Assembly (NCBI RefSeq): GCF_006345805.1
Contig: NC_043000.1
Coordinates: 98,518,001 to 98,582,000 of the forward strand
Reading direction: 5' to 3'
Length of the DNA stretch: 64,000 nt
From: Octopus sinensis
Taxonomy: Eukaryota
Position 1 is the stretch's first letter. Each line of letters opens with the position of its first letter. The notes under the pieces were generated by a model. The model ran no database searches and was not told the origin of the DNA. It worked only from the letters and a program-made list of their open reading frames with translations. The position numbers and the translations under genes were made by a program. Shown here piece by piece: positions 13,526 to 27,880 of the stretch.

Positions 13526-14348
13526 GTTTGTTTATATATCTACCAATCAATCTGTTCAGGTATTTCTTTGAATATATTTAAAAAGTAAATAGAAGGATCG
13601 TTGTAGGTGAGCTAAACTCTGTATGTTTCTGCTGTGTCAGGTGTATTTGCGTATTTATATACATGCATACATATATATATATATATAAAATACATGCATA
13701 TACATACACAAACATGCACACACACATATCCCCTTCATCCATAGACATATATAATATACTCTCTCTCTCACACACACAGACATACATGCACACATATATA
13801 TATGGTTATGCTCATTTACTAACATATACATATATATGCATATATATATTTATATGCTTATACAATGCATATGTATATATATATATGTATGAATGTATAT
13901 ATGTATATGCATGTAGGTGTGTGTATATATATAAATACACAAATATGTGTATATATATATATGTATATATTTGATTTTCGATTTTCCAGTTTCAGCTAAT
14001 GAGCTGTGGCCATGCTGGGGCACCGCCATTATATATATATATAAATACACAAATATGTATATATATATATATATAGCCTATGAGTCTCTTCCTGTTCTAT
14101 TGTTTAACAGACACGCGGGATGGAAGAGTCACCAAAGACGTCACAGGTGTGTGACGAAAGCTTTCCAGACAGTGGACACAGGATAAAATAAGAACAATAA
14201 TAAACGAGTGAAGAAGGAATATATAGTGGGCGTGTTTGGCAAGAAAACAAAAATAGCCATCCCGAAATAAAACAAATATATATATATATATATATGATAT
14301 ATATATATATATATGTAGGCTTAGGGTTGCTGTGTGGTAAGTAACTAT

Positions 14349-14610
14349 AGGCGCAGGAGTGGCTGTGCGAGTGGCTGTATGGTAAGTAACTTGCTTACCA
14401 GCACCTGGTTTCGGGTTCAGGTGTCACTGTGTGGCCCTTGGGCAGTGTCTTCTACTGTAGCCTCAGGCTGAACAAAAGCTTTCTGAGTGGATTTGGTAGA
14501 CGGAAACTGAAAGAAGCCTGTCATATATATATAATATATATATATATATAATATGTGTGTGTGTGTGTGTTTCTGTGTCTGTGTTTATCACCCCAAAATC
14601 GCTTTACAAC
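14349..14610 (+). mobile_element. SINE family B 5' half
   Basis: GGCGCAGGAGTGGCTGTG..GGTAAG, B-box GGTTCAG, CORE-like CCTTGGGCAGTGTCTT. Confidence 0.8.
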
Positions 14611-14801
14611 CGATATATATATATATATATATACTATATATAATATATAATATATGTATGTATGTATACATACATAGACATATACATATTATATGTGTGT
14701 ATATGTTAGTAAATGAATATAACCATATATATATATATGTGTGTGTACGTACGTCTGTGTATAAATATATATATATACACACACGCACATGCACACACAA
14801 A

Positions 14802-14848
<47 letters not shown>

Positions 14849-14991
14849 GCAGTAATAATAATAGTAATAATCATTCGAGTGAATTTACAAATATTTTAAT
14901 GTTACTTATAAATTTCATCCAAGGATTATTATTATTATTATTACGTATGTACGCACACATACACATACGTGTAAGGTTTGTGGGCTGTGTT

Positions 14992-15180
14992 TTTCTTTCT
15001 TTTACTTGCTTCAGTCATTTGATTGCGGTCATTCTGGAGCACCGCCTTTGGTCGAACAAACCGACCCAAGGACATATTCCTCGTAAGCCTAGTACTTATT
15101 CCATCGGTATCTTTTGCCAAACTGCTAAGTTACGGGGACGTAAACACACCAGCATCGGTTGTCAAGCGATGGTGGAGGAA
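14992..15180 (-). mobile_element. SINE family B 3' half
   Basis: Reverse complement of the family B tail (CAGTCATTTGATTGCGGTCATTCTGGAGCACCGCC). Confidence 0.8.
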
Positions 15181-15307
15181 CAAACACGGGGGGCATACAG
15201 TACATACATAAATGCATATATATATATAATATATATATTATATATATATAATATATATATATATTATATATATATACATATATATTATATATATATATAT
15301 ATAATAT

Positions 15308-15338
<31 letters not shown>

Positions 15339-15467
15339 TATATAATGTATATTGGCAGGGCTTACTGCTAGGGAGTCGGCCGTATGCTAGAAATAATTGA
15401 TATTAAAATTAATATTAATTTATCTCCCTCATTATTATTTTAAATATTTATATATATATATATACCC

Positions 15468-15620
15468 ACGGGCTTCTTTCAGTTTCCATCCACCAAATCT
15501 CTTCACAAGGCTTTAGTCGGCTTGGGGTTACAGTAGAAGACACTTGCCCAAGCTACCACGCAGTGGCGTCGAACCCTGAAACATGTGGTTGGGAAGCAAA
15601 GTTCTTACCACTCCTGCCTG
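15468..15620 (-). mobile_element. SINE family B 5' half (probably the same copy as 14992-15180, split by a microsatellite)
   Basis: Reverse complement of the family B head and CORE-like region. Confidence 0.75.
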
Positions 15621-15724
15621 AAGGAAGGAATTTCATTTTACTTTGTTCTTGTCTACACATCCGGTTATGAGTATGAATGGACTGGCGCGTCCGATTCAGG
15701 TAAGTCTAATAATAGAAATGACTC

Positions 15725-15758
<34 letters not shown>

Positions 15759-16193
15759 AAGCGCGCGAATGTGTGTATATATATATATATATATGGATGT
15801 ATATATATATATATATATGTGTGTATATAAATATATATGTATATATATACATATATATATACACATATATGTGTATATAATTTTATATAGATATATTACG
15901 GAGATACACTTGCATAGCTCGTGACCTGATCTGAGATCGTGTGCTGAAACAAAAACAAATGCAGCGTGGAAGGTGTTTATATGCCGTTTAAAAACACACA
16001 AAAACCATTAGATTCACTTCAATATTTAAATTCAATTTGTCAACATATTTTTGTCGCTGATGGAATTTATAAATAGCATTAAAATATTCCGTGGTGCATC
16101 TCAGCACGCCTTATAAACAACTTCCACGCTGCAATTGTATACACACACGCACAAACACACACAACACACACACACACACACACACGCACACAG

Positions 16194-16224
<31 letters not shown>

Positions 16225-16679
16225 ACACATATATATATATATAAAATCATAAAAAGTGACAACAAAAGAATGAGACCTCGGTATAAGATAGAAGATTGTA
16301 TATATATGTATGTAGTTATATTTTTGTTTATTATATAGACGGCGTTGTGAAGTCAACAGGTAGACGACCTGAGACGTTAATTAAACATATATTTAAAAGG
16401 AGAATTCTGGTAAGTTCGACAATTTAGAAAGATAATGCAACTTATACGCAGCCATAAACCGGTGTGTGCAAATTATTAAGATTTATTTAATGTATCAATC
16501 ATTAAAATATTGAAAATATTACAAAATTTACAGATACATAAATATATAAAAACATAATAGACATATATGGGTAGAAAAAACTATATTGGCAGCTTACGTT
16601 GTACGGACATCGTCCTACTTACAGATTAAGAGTGCTGTTAAAAAGATATTTTTAAAATATATAAAATAACAGTGTAAAT

Positions 16680-17576
16680 CCTCGCGTAAAGATGAATAAA
16701 ATGTTCAAGCATCCAGATGGAAGGTTAAGTTTCCAATGCTTAGTTTATGGTACTTCAGTTTCAAGAATTAAATGGTGATACTCTGACGGCCGTTTCAAGG
16801 GTACAGTAATCCATACAAATAATGAATATTCCTATCCAAACTTTAGACACTGCCTTCTTCATCAGGGAGAATGTATTAGTTAACATACATATGCATTATA
16901 TGCACACACACACACACACACACACCACACACACACAACACACACACATACATATGAGGGGCAGAAGTGGCTGTGTGGTAAGTAACTTGTTTATCAACCA
17001 CATAGTTCCGGGTTCAGTCCCACTGCGTGGCACCTTGGGCAGGTGTCTTCCATTACAGCCGCGGGCCGACCAAAGCCTTGTGAGTGGATTTGGTAGATGG
17101 AAACAGTAATAAGCCTCTCTGTGTGTGTATACGTTTGTGTGTCTGTATTTGTCCCTAACGTCGCTTGACAATCGATGTTGGTGTGTGTATGTCTCCGTAA
17201 CTTCATCAAAAGAGACCGATAGAATACGTACTGGGATAACAGAGAATAAGTCCTGGGGTCGATTTGCTCGACTAAAGGCGGTGCCCTAGCATGGCCGCAG
17301 TTAATGACTGAAACAAGTAAAAGAGAATATATATATATATAATATGACAGCATATGAGCTGTGAATCCTTAACTAATACATTCTCCCTGCTGAAGGAGGC
17401 AGTGTCTAAGGTTTGGATAGGAATATCCTTTATTTGAATGGATTACTGTACCCTTGAAGTGGCCGTCGGAGTATCACTATTTAATTCTTGAAAGTGGAGT
17501 GCTACCGTCTTATCGTTGGAAACTTTAACTCCCATCTGGATGCTTAAACTTTCCTTTACTCACCTTTTCGCGGGGA
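16680..17576. mobile_element. palindromic MITE (~200-bp arms) with a SINE in its centre
   Basis: 16680-16883 is the reverse complement of 17369-17576. Confidence 0.8.
16968..17325 (+). mobile_element. SINE family B, near full length
   Basis: Matches 60961-61368 end to end. Confidence 0.9.
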
Positions 17577-17779
17577 TTTACACTTTTATATCTTTAATAT
17601 TTTTCAATATCTTAATGAGTGATACGTTAAATAAATTTTAATGATTTGCATACACAGGTTTTATGACTGAGCATATGTTGCATTATTATGTAACAATGAC
17701 ATACCATGATGAAATAAAAAATTGAATAAGCGCGAAAAAAACTGAAAAGGCATGTAGGTATGTAAATGTGTGTGTGGCT

Positions 17780-17980
17780 TTGTATCAATTTTTGTTCCCC
17801 ACCAGCACTTGATAACCGGTGTTGGAGTGTTTACGTCCTTGCAACTTTGCAGTTCTGCAAAATATATCGACAGAATAAGTACAAGGCTTTCCTGGAGTTG
17901 ATTCGTTCAACTAAAGTTCTTGAAGGTGGTGCGCCAGCATGGTTGCATTCTAATGATTATCAGAAGTAAAAAGTAAAAGA
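17780..17980 (+). mobile_element. SINE family B 3' half, degenerate
   Basis: TTGATAACCGGTGTTGGAGTGTTTACGTCC...GGTGGTGCGCCAGCATGG. Confidence 0.65.
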
Positions 17981-19444
17981 TATATATATATATATATATA
18001 TATATAATAATTCTTACTTGTACGTATGTATGTATGTATGTATGTATGTATGTATGTATGTATGTATGTATGTATGTATGTATGTATGTATGTATGTATG
18101 TATGTATGTATGTATGCACACGCACATACATATATATATATATATATATGTGCGTATGTATGTATGCATATATGCCCATTGTGTAGTTATGTTTAAGAAT
18201 AATATTGTTTTGAAAGTTAAACCTGTGAGATGACACGAATGTGGACCGACTAGAGAACCCAGCTGAAAAGTGTTCATGATTATCTGATCGGCTTGAAAAC
18301 GAGAGGGAATTTCGGTTGTGCTGACGAACAGAAACTTTCTAGCGTTGTTTCTTGGGATACTTGGTGGTTTTATTGTAGGAAATGTACATATTTCATCCAA
18401 TATTATGTATATAGTTTCCATTACAAGAAATTAGCAAGAAGACATTCTACATCCATGGGGAAAATGTTGAAAAATTTGTTGCTAATAAAATTTCTATGAT
18501 TTCATCTCATAACCATATAATATACCACTCAGTTGTATGTTTCTTTATGAATCCTTCCGGACGTTTCTCTATTCTGGGAGTAGACGTGATGATTTGGGAA
18601 ATTATAGGTCAGAAGAGATTTTAAATCTGTTTGATATAATAAACGAATTTTGAGCTATACCCTCCTGCGTACTGGAAAGGAATAGGCCTTATTCAAGCAT
18701 TTACAGTCATAATTTATTGAATTTAATTGCTATTTTTATAGTGTTGTCTTGCCCAATTTCAACGAATTTCCTGTTATCTTAAAGTATATTATTTCTGTAA
18801 TATTTTCGTATTTGTCCATAGCAGAAAATTGATTGCTCCTACCGCGTTAACATATTACAACGAAATCGTTATTTCATAGGTGTAGCAGAGCTGCTTTAAG
18901 TAGGTTTTTGTTGTGTTTATATATCTGTTTATTACCTTTCGCACATGAATAAAGTCTCGCAATTTCTTGTAAATGCTTAAAACTTGGATATATTTCCGTT
19001 TCCGATGAAAACACATACTGAAAATACGAAGTGTAATTTGATCAGAGCAAAAAGTGTTATTGGATGTGTTAAGAAATACTATTTTTCTTTGTATATTGTT
19101 GACCTTTATTGTCATAAAAGTTTAGGCTTTGATTGTCGGTGGGTGAGAAGATATTAAGTTGTTCTTTACTGCATTAATGTCAGCTTTCAGCGTAAGAATT
19201 AACGCTGGTTATTTTCCCTGCCCTTAATTTCTATATATGTTGGACGTCTACGATCACTCTTTGGACTTCTGATGCACAGTTTTTATTTGTTGCTGTTCTG
19301 TTGCATGGAATGTATTTGTATATATGGTGAACAAGGTTTTTTTTTCAAACTTGTTCGAACATGTAAAAATTCTTGGCACGACCGCGTTCAATGTCGAAAT
19401 GGTCGCAGAAGAACGTGAAACGAAAAGTTTAACACAAAAGCACA

Positions 19445-19520
19445 ACGCGCTGGCAAGTCTGGGAATCGAAATCACGATCGTAGGGTTGTGAGTGCAACAG
19501 CTTAATCACTAGGTCATACA
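19445..19520 (-). mobile_element. degenerate tRNA-derived SINE head (family C-like)
   Basis: Reverse complement CCTAGTGATTAAG...TACGATCGTGATTTCGATTCCC resembles the head at 58603. Confidence 0.5.
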
Positions 19521-19844
19521 CCCTACTCACAAACATACACACGTATATATGTACACATGTATGTAGTTATTATGTATGTATGTATGAATGCATGTATGCA
19601 TGTATGTATATAAACACACACACACACATATATATATAGATACATACACACACATATGCAGATACATACACACATACATAATTACATAATACATATACAT
19701 ACATACATATATATACATATATACATACATACATACATATATATATACATACACACACATATATATATATATATACATACATACATATATATATATACAT
19801 ATAGATATATATATATATATACACATATATACATACATACATAC

Positions 19845-19943
<99 letters not shown>

Positions 19944-20142
19944 ATGTATAGTAACATGGTATAATTATAAACAGGGCAAATTTGCCCTTTCTCCGCAGAC
20001 TGAAAAAATGATGAAAAACCTTAATCGATTTTCGAACTCTATTGAGCTCTCATCAGAAGCGATAGATAGGGATATAGATTAAATTGATTTGACACCTTGA
20101 GACTACCCGTTCGTACTTTGTTCCATTACACACACACACACT

Positions 20143-20185
<43 letters not shown>

Positions 20186-20236
20186 ATACTCACCTGTATA
20201 CATTCATATATACGCTTATGAATGTATGCATGTATG

Positions 20237-20294
<58 letters not shown>

Positions 20295-20718
20295 AATGTG
20301 GCCGAATGGTTTAGAAATTTGCATCACCATATCACGGCTCGGGGTTCGAACCCACCGCATGGCGTCTTGGACAAATGTAATTTTCTATATATTCGTGCTA
20401 GAAGATGTTATGCTGGTAAAATTGGGCAGGTAAACCATATCGAAGCCCTTAATGCCTGTAGTTTTACTATAATTCTGTGATTTTGCATGCAGATTACTTT
20501 AAGACTACACATATATGTGTAATACTCAACCACTTATTACTTAGTTCAGGAGCTGATAATTCACTATGTCGATCATGCGTCAACAATATATAGAATTTCA
20601 TTGTCTATTCAGGCAGTGACGTAGCAAATAGCCAGCGGACTAATAGCAAAAGGAAAACATTATATCCATCATAAGGTGGATGTTTTGAATTAGTTACAAC
20701 CGTATATATATATATTTA

Positions 20719-21599
20719 TTCCAAGGAATCTAATGCGCTTAGCTTAGTTTTTCCTTGGGGCTGGCCTGATTGGAGCAATCTCAAGATTAATCAGCCGAGG
20801 ATGATCCGGTTCTTGACTGAAGATTGAAGGCTTTGAATGTCCCGTCCGTGTTTTTTGTATCGTCTTCTAAATGTTTTGTGTTCTTGTCCCAGTTTGTATT
20901 TTTTTATACATATATATATATATATATATAGCGGTGTACGTACCCTCTCTCTTATATGTAAGTACACATTTCTCTAAACTCGGTACGACTCATCAACACT
21001 GTCTCTCTCCCCTCTCTCCTACATTCCTTTGCCTTTCTTACTTTGCACTTCACTTTGTCCCTGTCTCTTTTTCTCGCTCTCTCTCTTCCCCCTCCTTAAT
21101 TCCTCTGTCCCTCTTTTCCCCTCTCTTCTCTTCACACATGACTGACTGATCGACTACTGGCCTTTTGGGTCTGGCAGCGGTCGCGGTAACACCAACATTT
21201 TTTTTCTCTGCCCCAAGGCACATTCCTAACACACCAGCTGAGTTTAATTCGTCCTAGTCGAAAGACGCCTGTTTGTGATGTCCTGATATTGTTATTATTA
21301 TTACTATTATTATTATTATTGTTTTTACGTATTATTTTTGTATTCATATTCGTGTAACATCGTCCGTTTTTCTATCCTTGTTTTGTATACATTCGAAGCT
21401 TTCTTCCAAGGAATCTAATGCGCTTGGCTTAGTTTTTCCTTGGGGCTGGCCAGATTGGAGCAATCTCAAGATTAATCAGCCGAAATTGCGAGGATGATCC
21501 GGTTCTTGACTGAAGATTGAAGGCTTCGAATGTCCCGTCCGTGTTTTTTGTATCGTCTTCTAAATGTTTTACGTTCTTGTCCCAGTTTGTATTTTTTTA
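20719..21599 (+). repeat. two ~190-bp direct repeats (20719-20906, 21404-21599) bracketing ~500 bp
   Basis: TTCCAAGGAATCTAATGCGCTT...GACTGAAGATTGAAGGCT...CCCAGTTTGTATTTTTT occurs twice. Confidence 0.85.
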
Positions 21600-21768
21600 T
21601 ACATACATACATACATACATACATACATACATACATACATACATACATACATACATGCATACATACATACATACACACACACACACTCACACATACACAC
21701 ACACACACATATATATATATATATTATATATTATATATTATATATAGGGCATTACTATACATAAATGC

Positions 21769-21863
21769 CACACGCTAAGAGGGACTCTTAAAGTCAAAAC
21801 TACCAAAATAAATAAACGTATTATTTTGGTAGTTTTGACTTTAAGAGTCCCTCTTAGCGTGTG
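21769..21863. repeat. perfect 43-bp-arm palindrome with 9-nt spacer
   Basis: CACACGCTAAGAGGGACTCTTAAAGTCAAAACTACCAAAATAA and its exact reverse complement. Confidence 0.95.
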
Positions 21864-22904
21864 AAAGTATCTGACATAAAATAGAGAAATGTTTTTGTTT
21901 CACTTTTAACACGTAATACTGAAATAGTGGAGAATATATGATATTGCTATGGGCTCGCCCTAGGTTGAACTTTTTTTTGCCCATGAAATTACATGGATCC
22001 TAAGTAAGGCATGTGTAAAATCTGAATGAAATTGGTTGTGTAGTTCTCAAGTTTTAGGGAAACACTCAGACAGACAGACAGACAGACAGACACACATTCT
22101 CAGTTTTATATATATAGATATATATATATATGTACGGTTGTGGGTTGTGTGTGTATTTGTAGCCAGTTCTTTGGTATCCAACACACGTTATAATGAACAC
22201 ACACACATAGATATGCATAAGTAATATTCTAATCAAGTAAAACATCTTATATAATTGTTTGAGAGAGTGAGTATAACACAAGCAACAGCACCTTCAGTCT
22301 GTCTCAGGATAATATTGTGTGCGAGGCAGACTTTGAATGGTTAGACGATAGCCTGCCGTTCAGGCTTCCATACAAATTCCTTCAACCCAGCTTTACTCTC
22401 AGAGCTAGCGTTAAGCCAATCAAATGCAAAAGGGGCGATCCAAATAAGTATACTTAGATATAAAATAAACTCCGGAATGCGAGGACACTAGTATCTGCGT
22501 GTATTGGCATCTATTAGTCTCGTGAATAGTAAATGGAGAAGCTCGACTTCTTCAATTTCCGTGAGCTCGAAATTTCATAGATATCATCTTAATCATTCAG
22601 CCATGCCTGAGCACAATAGCAACTACAACAGCGACAAATAGCTCCAATAACAACAGACTATAGAAACAAGTAAATCGTACAAAAGATTATATTTCATGCT
22701 ACCACAAGTAGAGCGTGCGAGTGTGTGAAAATGAACAGATAACCAATAATAAATAAATAGTTAAATAAACAAAGATTAAAAACATAAAAGAAAAGTCCAT
22801 GACAGTTAAGCCTTGAATGGATAGTTCGTCCAGGGAATGCGAAGGCATGTTGTTCATGTTCCGTGTTGTTTTGAAGCAAGTGAGGCGTCAAAAAAGAAGT
22901 ATAA

Positions 22905-22952
<48 letters not shown>

Positions 22953-23082
22953 AGAGGAAGACAAACTGACGAAGGGAAAACGCAGTATCTGAGATGTATT
23001 TTTAACTTAAAGATCTACTGAGTGACTAATTTGCAAATATACATATACAATAAATATATAGATACATAAATATCTACATACA

Positions 23083-23915
23083 TACGGGGTGCATTCCAGA
23101 CGTCTTGTGATTTATTTTTAGGAGCGGCACTTATAACTCCTAGATTAATGTAATTTTAATATATCATTACTCTACGTCTAATAAGCTGACCTGCCAACTT
23201 TTGTTATTCCAAATTGAAGAAGACGTTTGTAAGAGCAAGTTGATCACACCCTGCTAAACACAACTTTTCATAGCTAACTTGTTTGCAGAATGCAGTTCGG
23301 ACGTGAAGACAATTTAGAAGCTCGCTTTACAATAAAGTTTTGCGTTACATTGGACAACAACACTACGGAAGCTTATGGAATGCTCCAAACTACTTATGGA
23401 TTAACTTGTATGAGTTGATCATCTGTTTTTTAGCTGGCACAAGAGTCCAGGCAAAAGCAAATCCACCGGGAAGCACATGGCGATACCCTTTCTCGACAAT
23501 AAGGGCATCATCAACATACACTGGGATCCCTCAGACCAGAGGACCGGCAAAGAGTACTTTGTGGAGGTTCTGAGGGACTTCAGGAAGAGATTTCGTAGCA
23601 AAGGCTAGAGAACCTGCTCCAGGACAATACATCGGTCTACAATTTAATCCTGTCAAGAGATGGGCAGCAAAACTGTACTCCACCCTCCCTACAGTCCAGA
23701 CCTTGTTCCCTGCGACTGCTGGTTGTTCCCCAAGCTGAAGAAGATGAAGGCGGATTTTGCAGGGGTTCTGGATACCTTCACTTTGCAGGACTTCCATGGG
23801 CTTTCACGAAATGGCTGGAGAGGATCCTACTTTGAAAGGTATTAGAGGTCTTGTACTTCTTTGAAATTAATAAATGTCTTTCTTGAAAAGGTCTCAATAC
23901 TTCTGAAACGCATCA
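23083..23915 (+). mobile_element. mariner transposase remnant
   Basis: ORF 23660: KTVLHPPYSPDLVPCDCWLFPKLK (mariner YSPDL motif). Upstream FLDNKGII...YFVEVL-like fragments. Confidence 0.8.
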
Positions 23916-24215
23916 TCCCTCCCTCCCTCCCTCCCTCCCTCCATTCATCCATCCATCCATCCCTCCATCCATCCATCCATCCATCCATACATTCATCCAT
24001 TCATATGTATCTGTTCGGACGCTCACGATCTGGCACATTGAACGTTTTGGCGAGAGTACTTTTTGGCACTAAAGGCAAGCACACACACGTGCGTGCACAG
24101 AAATATACATGTGCAGATAGAGAGAATGGGAGAAAGAAGGAGAGAAAGAGAGAGACATTACAATTTATTAATTGAACATGAATGACATAAACAATACACT
24201 CTCTTTGCTTCATGT

Positions 24216-24246
<31 letters not shown>

Positions 24247-24289
24247 ATATATATAATATATATATATAATATATGTATATATATATATA

Positions 24290-24340
<51 letters not shown>

Positions 24341-24678
24341 TGAGTGAGTGAGTGAATGACAGAGACAAACGAAAAACGATAAATCGGCATCGAATTACTG
24401 GCTTCAAATAGGCGACATCACAACGGCTGTGCAAAAACGTCTCATACTCTGCACATGTATATACATACACACACATATATCTTCACTTTGCCTTTGCCTT
24501 AGATTCTGAAATCCAAAAGTTCCTGCTCAGTCTTGATCTAGAACGTATCTTGGCGATTTTTAGATCTGGCAGAGGTTATCTCTGCCCAGATCTGACTACG
24601 TCCGATTTCGGAAACGCGCGCGCGTCACACACACACACACATACATACACACGCACACACTTACACATACACACATAC

Positions 24679-24732
<54 letters not shown>

Positions 24733-27700
24733 AAAGAGAAAGAGAGCGAATCAGAGAGAAGAATCCACCTCACTATATGACTGGTAATTTATTGGCCCTA
24801 GAAACATGATTCACACAGTTAATCTTAGCGGTGTTTCACCCAACCAAGTGTGCAGAGCGTTGAAGTCCATACTCTCCCTGACTTTTGCTCAGGTAAAGTG
24901 TTCCTATGATGTGTTCCTATTCAACAGCCAAACGAAGAAAGATTGTCAACTGTGCGATCATCAGAACTATGAAGATACTAACAATGACTGGGAATTTCCA
25001 CATTATGAGCGACATCAGAATGTTGGTCATAGCAAGAAAAAACTAAGTATGTATCGCTGCATTGTAGCGTTATTTTGGGTGGAGCATAACTAACAATCTC
25101 TGCTACAATTTCTGCCCATTTCAAATTTTCAACGCAATTTGTATACATGACCTTTTACATGAATAGAAATGCTAAAGCTAGAGTGCAGCGATGCGTGGAC
25201 GCTTCTACCTTCCTTGTAAGATTTAGTAGCTGGTGTAGACGATCAGTATTTACTGTATTTTCATGTAGTGGTACAATGAGTAAGTGAACACGATTTCTTG
25301 TCATTCGAATGTGTGTTGCATAAACCAGTTTCACTAAAACCTATCCTTTGAACGATTATGTAAACGATTCAAAACAGCAAGTAAGTAGGACACTAGCAAA
25401 TATAATAAATATATACTACTAAATATACTATAAATATATAATGCTAAAAATACTGCAAATATATATAGTACTAAAAAATTACCATAAATATATAAAACTA
25501 AAAAATATATCTGAATAGATTATTGCTGTTGTTATCATCAGGTTACACCTGATAAAGGACATCTAAGTTGCAACCGTTCCAATACGGTTTTTTCCGTATT
25601 GTGTTTTTCAATAAAATATGGTATAATTGAGGAAATTTAGCTGCTATCTCTAACAAGTCTAACGATTACATAGAAGATCCTTGCTGACTCGAGTCTTTAG
25701 GCAGTGTACTTTGGGATAAACAGACAGACAAACAAAATAGGGTCTGAAAATTTTAGGTACGTGGAATAAGGGTTCTTGTTTTCCCTGCTAAAATGTGAAA
25801 TGAACTCGAACCTGCGATGCAATCTGGCCTCATCAAAGGCTTAGGTTTACGACTATTCCACAGTAATCACTCCAATTAAATATGCTATTTCTTATCTAAG
25901 ATAACGTACGTTATCTTAATTATAATGATAAATAACTTGTTTTGATATAAGCAGTGTGGTACTGAAAGTGGGCACAGTCATCCTGAATAGTTAAGCACGT
26001 TCCGCAAATACTAGGATGGATGCTTCATCCTGCTGCACGGCATTTTTTTAAACCCAAGTCTGAAATCGACCGGGCAAATGGATTATACCTTTAATTCTAA
26101 AGTCTAGTCAGTCACATATTGTAATTCGTGGATACTGCGTGAGTATTACATTAGGATTACCATTTACATCCTACTTATATGAGCACATAGTTTTGATGAT
26201 CGAGCAACTGCAAAATAGATCGTTGAAACAGAGATTCAGTTCTTTTTAACGTTTTTGTGCAGCTGTGTAGTGATTGGTAGAAGCGACCACTTATCGTTGC
26301 CTTCCAAATGATAGAACTACTTAAAGAAATGTAAACATGATCATCCCAGGCATAATAAAGTTTAAGTAAAAATACAAGATTGATGACTGGACGTTGTAAA
26401 AATGTAAAACGATATTTGATTAATCTTGTATATTAAAAGGCAAGTTGTCTGTCTGTGTGTTGTGTGAACCACTTCTACTCCCACAACTTTTAAAATGAAT
26501 TTCACCAAATTTGACATGTGTGCTCTCCTTGATTTAAGATGCGTTTTCTTATAATTTTTTACTCGAAATTCCGCGTCCCCAACATGAATAGACTACTCTC
26601 AATTCGCCTAGGATCTGAACCCACCACGTCTATGCAACGGTACGCGTACAATTTTTAGCGCTTTAAAGAAGCGCACCTCTCCAAGAAAATGACTCCAAGA
26701 AAATGACTCCAAGAAATTAACTTACGTTAATTAATTTTAATTTTTTTACGTTCACATTTTGTACATTTTGAAGTTTTATTTATCTGATGTAACCTCTCTT
26801 GTTGTCCTGTTGCCTGTCATTTACCCACCTCTTTCTATTTGTTGTATTTTACGTAATGCATATGATGTACACACACACACGTACTAATGCAATTTTTGTT
26901 AAAACTTGCCCCCCCCCCATTGTTTTCTTACTGTGCCCAATGTATCCAATGATATGCGCGCGTGCTTTTGTGTATGCATAATGACAACTTATGTTGCTTT
27001 GATAATTATTTATAATTGAATCATTGGCGACGTTATACAATGACAGACTTTGTTATGAAGCTCTCTATCTGTCTTTGAAGGCCTCTCTCTGTCTTTCTTT
27101 CTTTCTTTCTTTTTTGCTGTCTTTCTGTCTGTCTGTCTCTCTCTCTTACCCTCTCTTTCACCCTCTCCATGTGCCATGCCTATAAGCATTGGCACCCATG
27201 CCAACATTTGAAGATACATGATTTTTCTCTGCTCTTCTGAGCTTACTCTTGAGGCATTTAAACCCTCACACAGGCGAACTAGTTCACTTCACATCAGAGC
27301 ATGTACTTTGATGTCGTACCGTTGGGCCTATGTTATACATGTCCAGTGGGGAGAATCCTCTCTAAGAAACCGGTTTATCTTAACCACGGGATCATCTATG
27401 TCGTTGATAAGTACCACCAACTCAAACCAATGTAGACATGGGAATACGCGTAGCTGTGACTAAAGAGTAACTTTATACTCCCCAAAACTGCTGAACTCCT
27501 GAGCTGAAGTCTCACCATCGGCTACAGAACTACCAAATTTTATGGGTTTTGATTCAGACAGTTTATAAGGTAGAAAAAAGAAGGACCTGATGATTCTAGA
27601 GTAATTGGTATGGTCATCCTTCTAAGCTGTCAAAAGAACTTTGGATCTCACTCTTAACACTCAACGGCATACAAATGTCTTTGCGATGCAGCTCATTCCT

Positions 27701-27744
27701 AATATCTTCAGACTATGTGTTTTATCTGTTCCTATCTATAGGTA

Positions 27745-27880
27745 GTGGTAAAAGCAGCGAATAATCAGAATCGTCAAGCACACTGGACAAAATGCTTACG
27801 GGCATTTCTTTGGGTTTACGTTCTGAGTTCGAAATCCACCGAAGTCGACTTTGCCTTTCATCCTTTCGGGGACGATAAAG
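27745..27880 (+). mobile_element. SINE family A, 3' truncated
   Basis: CGTTCTGAGTTCGAAATCCACCGAAGTCGACTTTGCCTTTCATCC. Confidence 0.7.

Noticed and set aside
14126-14170. GTCAC/GTGAC hairpin followed by GAAAGCTT
   Set aside because: Upstream core CCAAAGA has two non-compensated changes and stem I does not pair.
18200-18500. Possible Tc1/mariner remnant on the minus strand
   Set aside because: Only vague similarity (NNARK, GPHSCHLT); not enough to call.
21505-21545. CTGAAGA...CGAATGTC as an intact hammerhead
   Set aside because: GAAT instead of GAAA, stem II loop too short, no convincing stem I.
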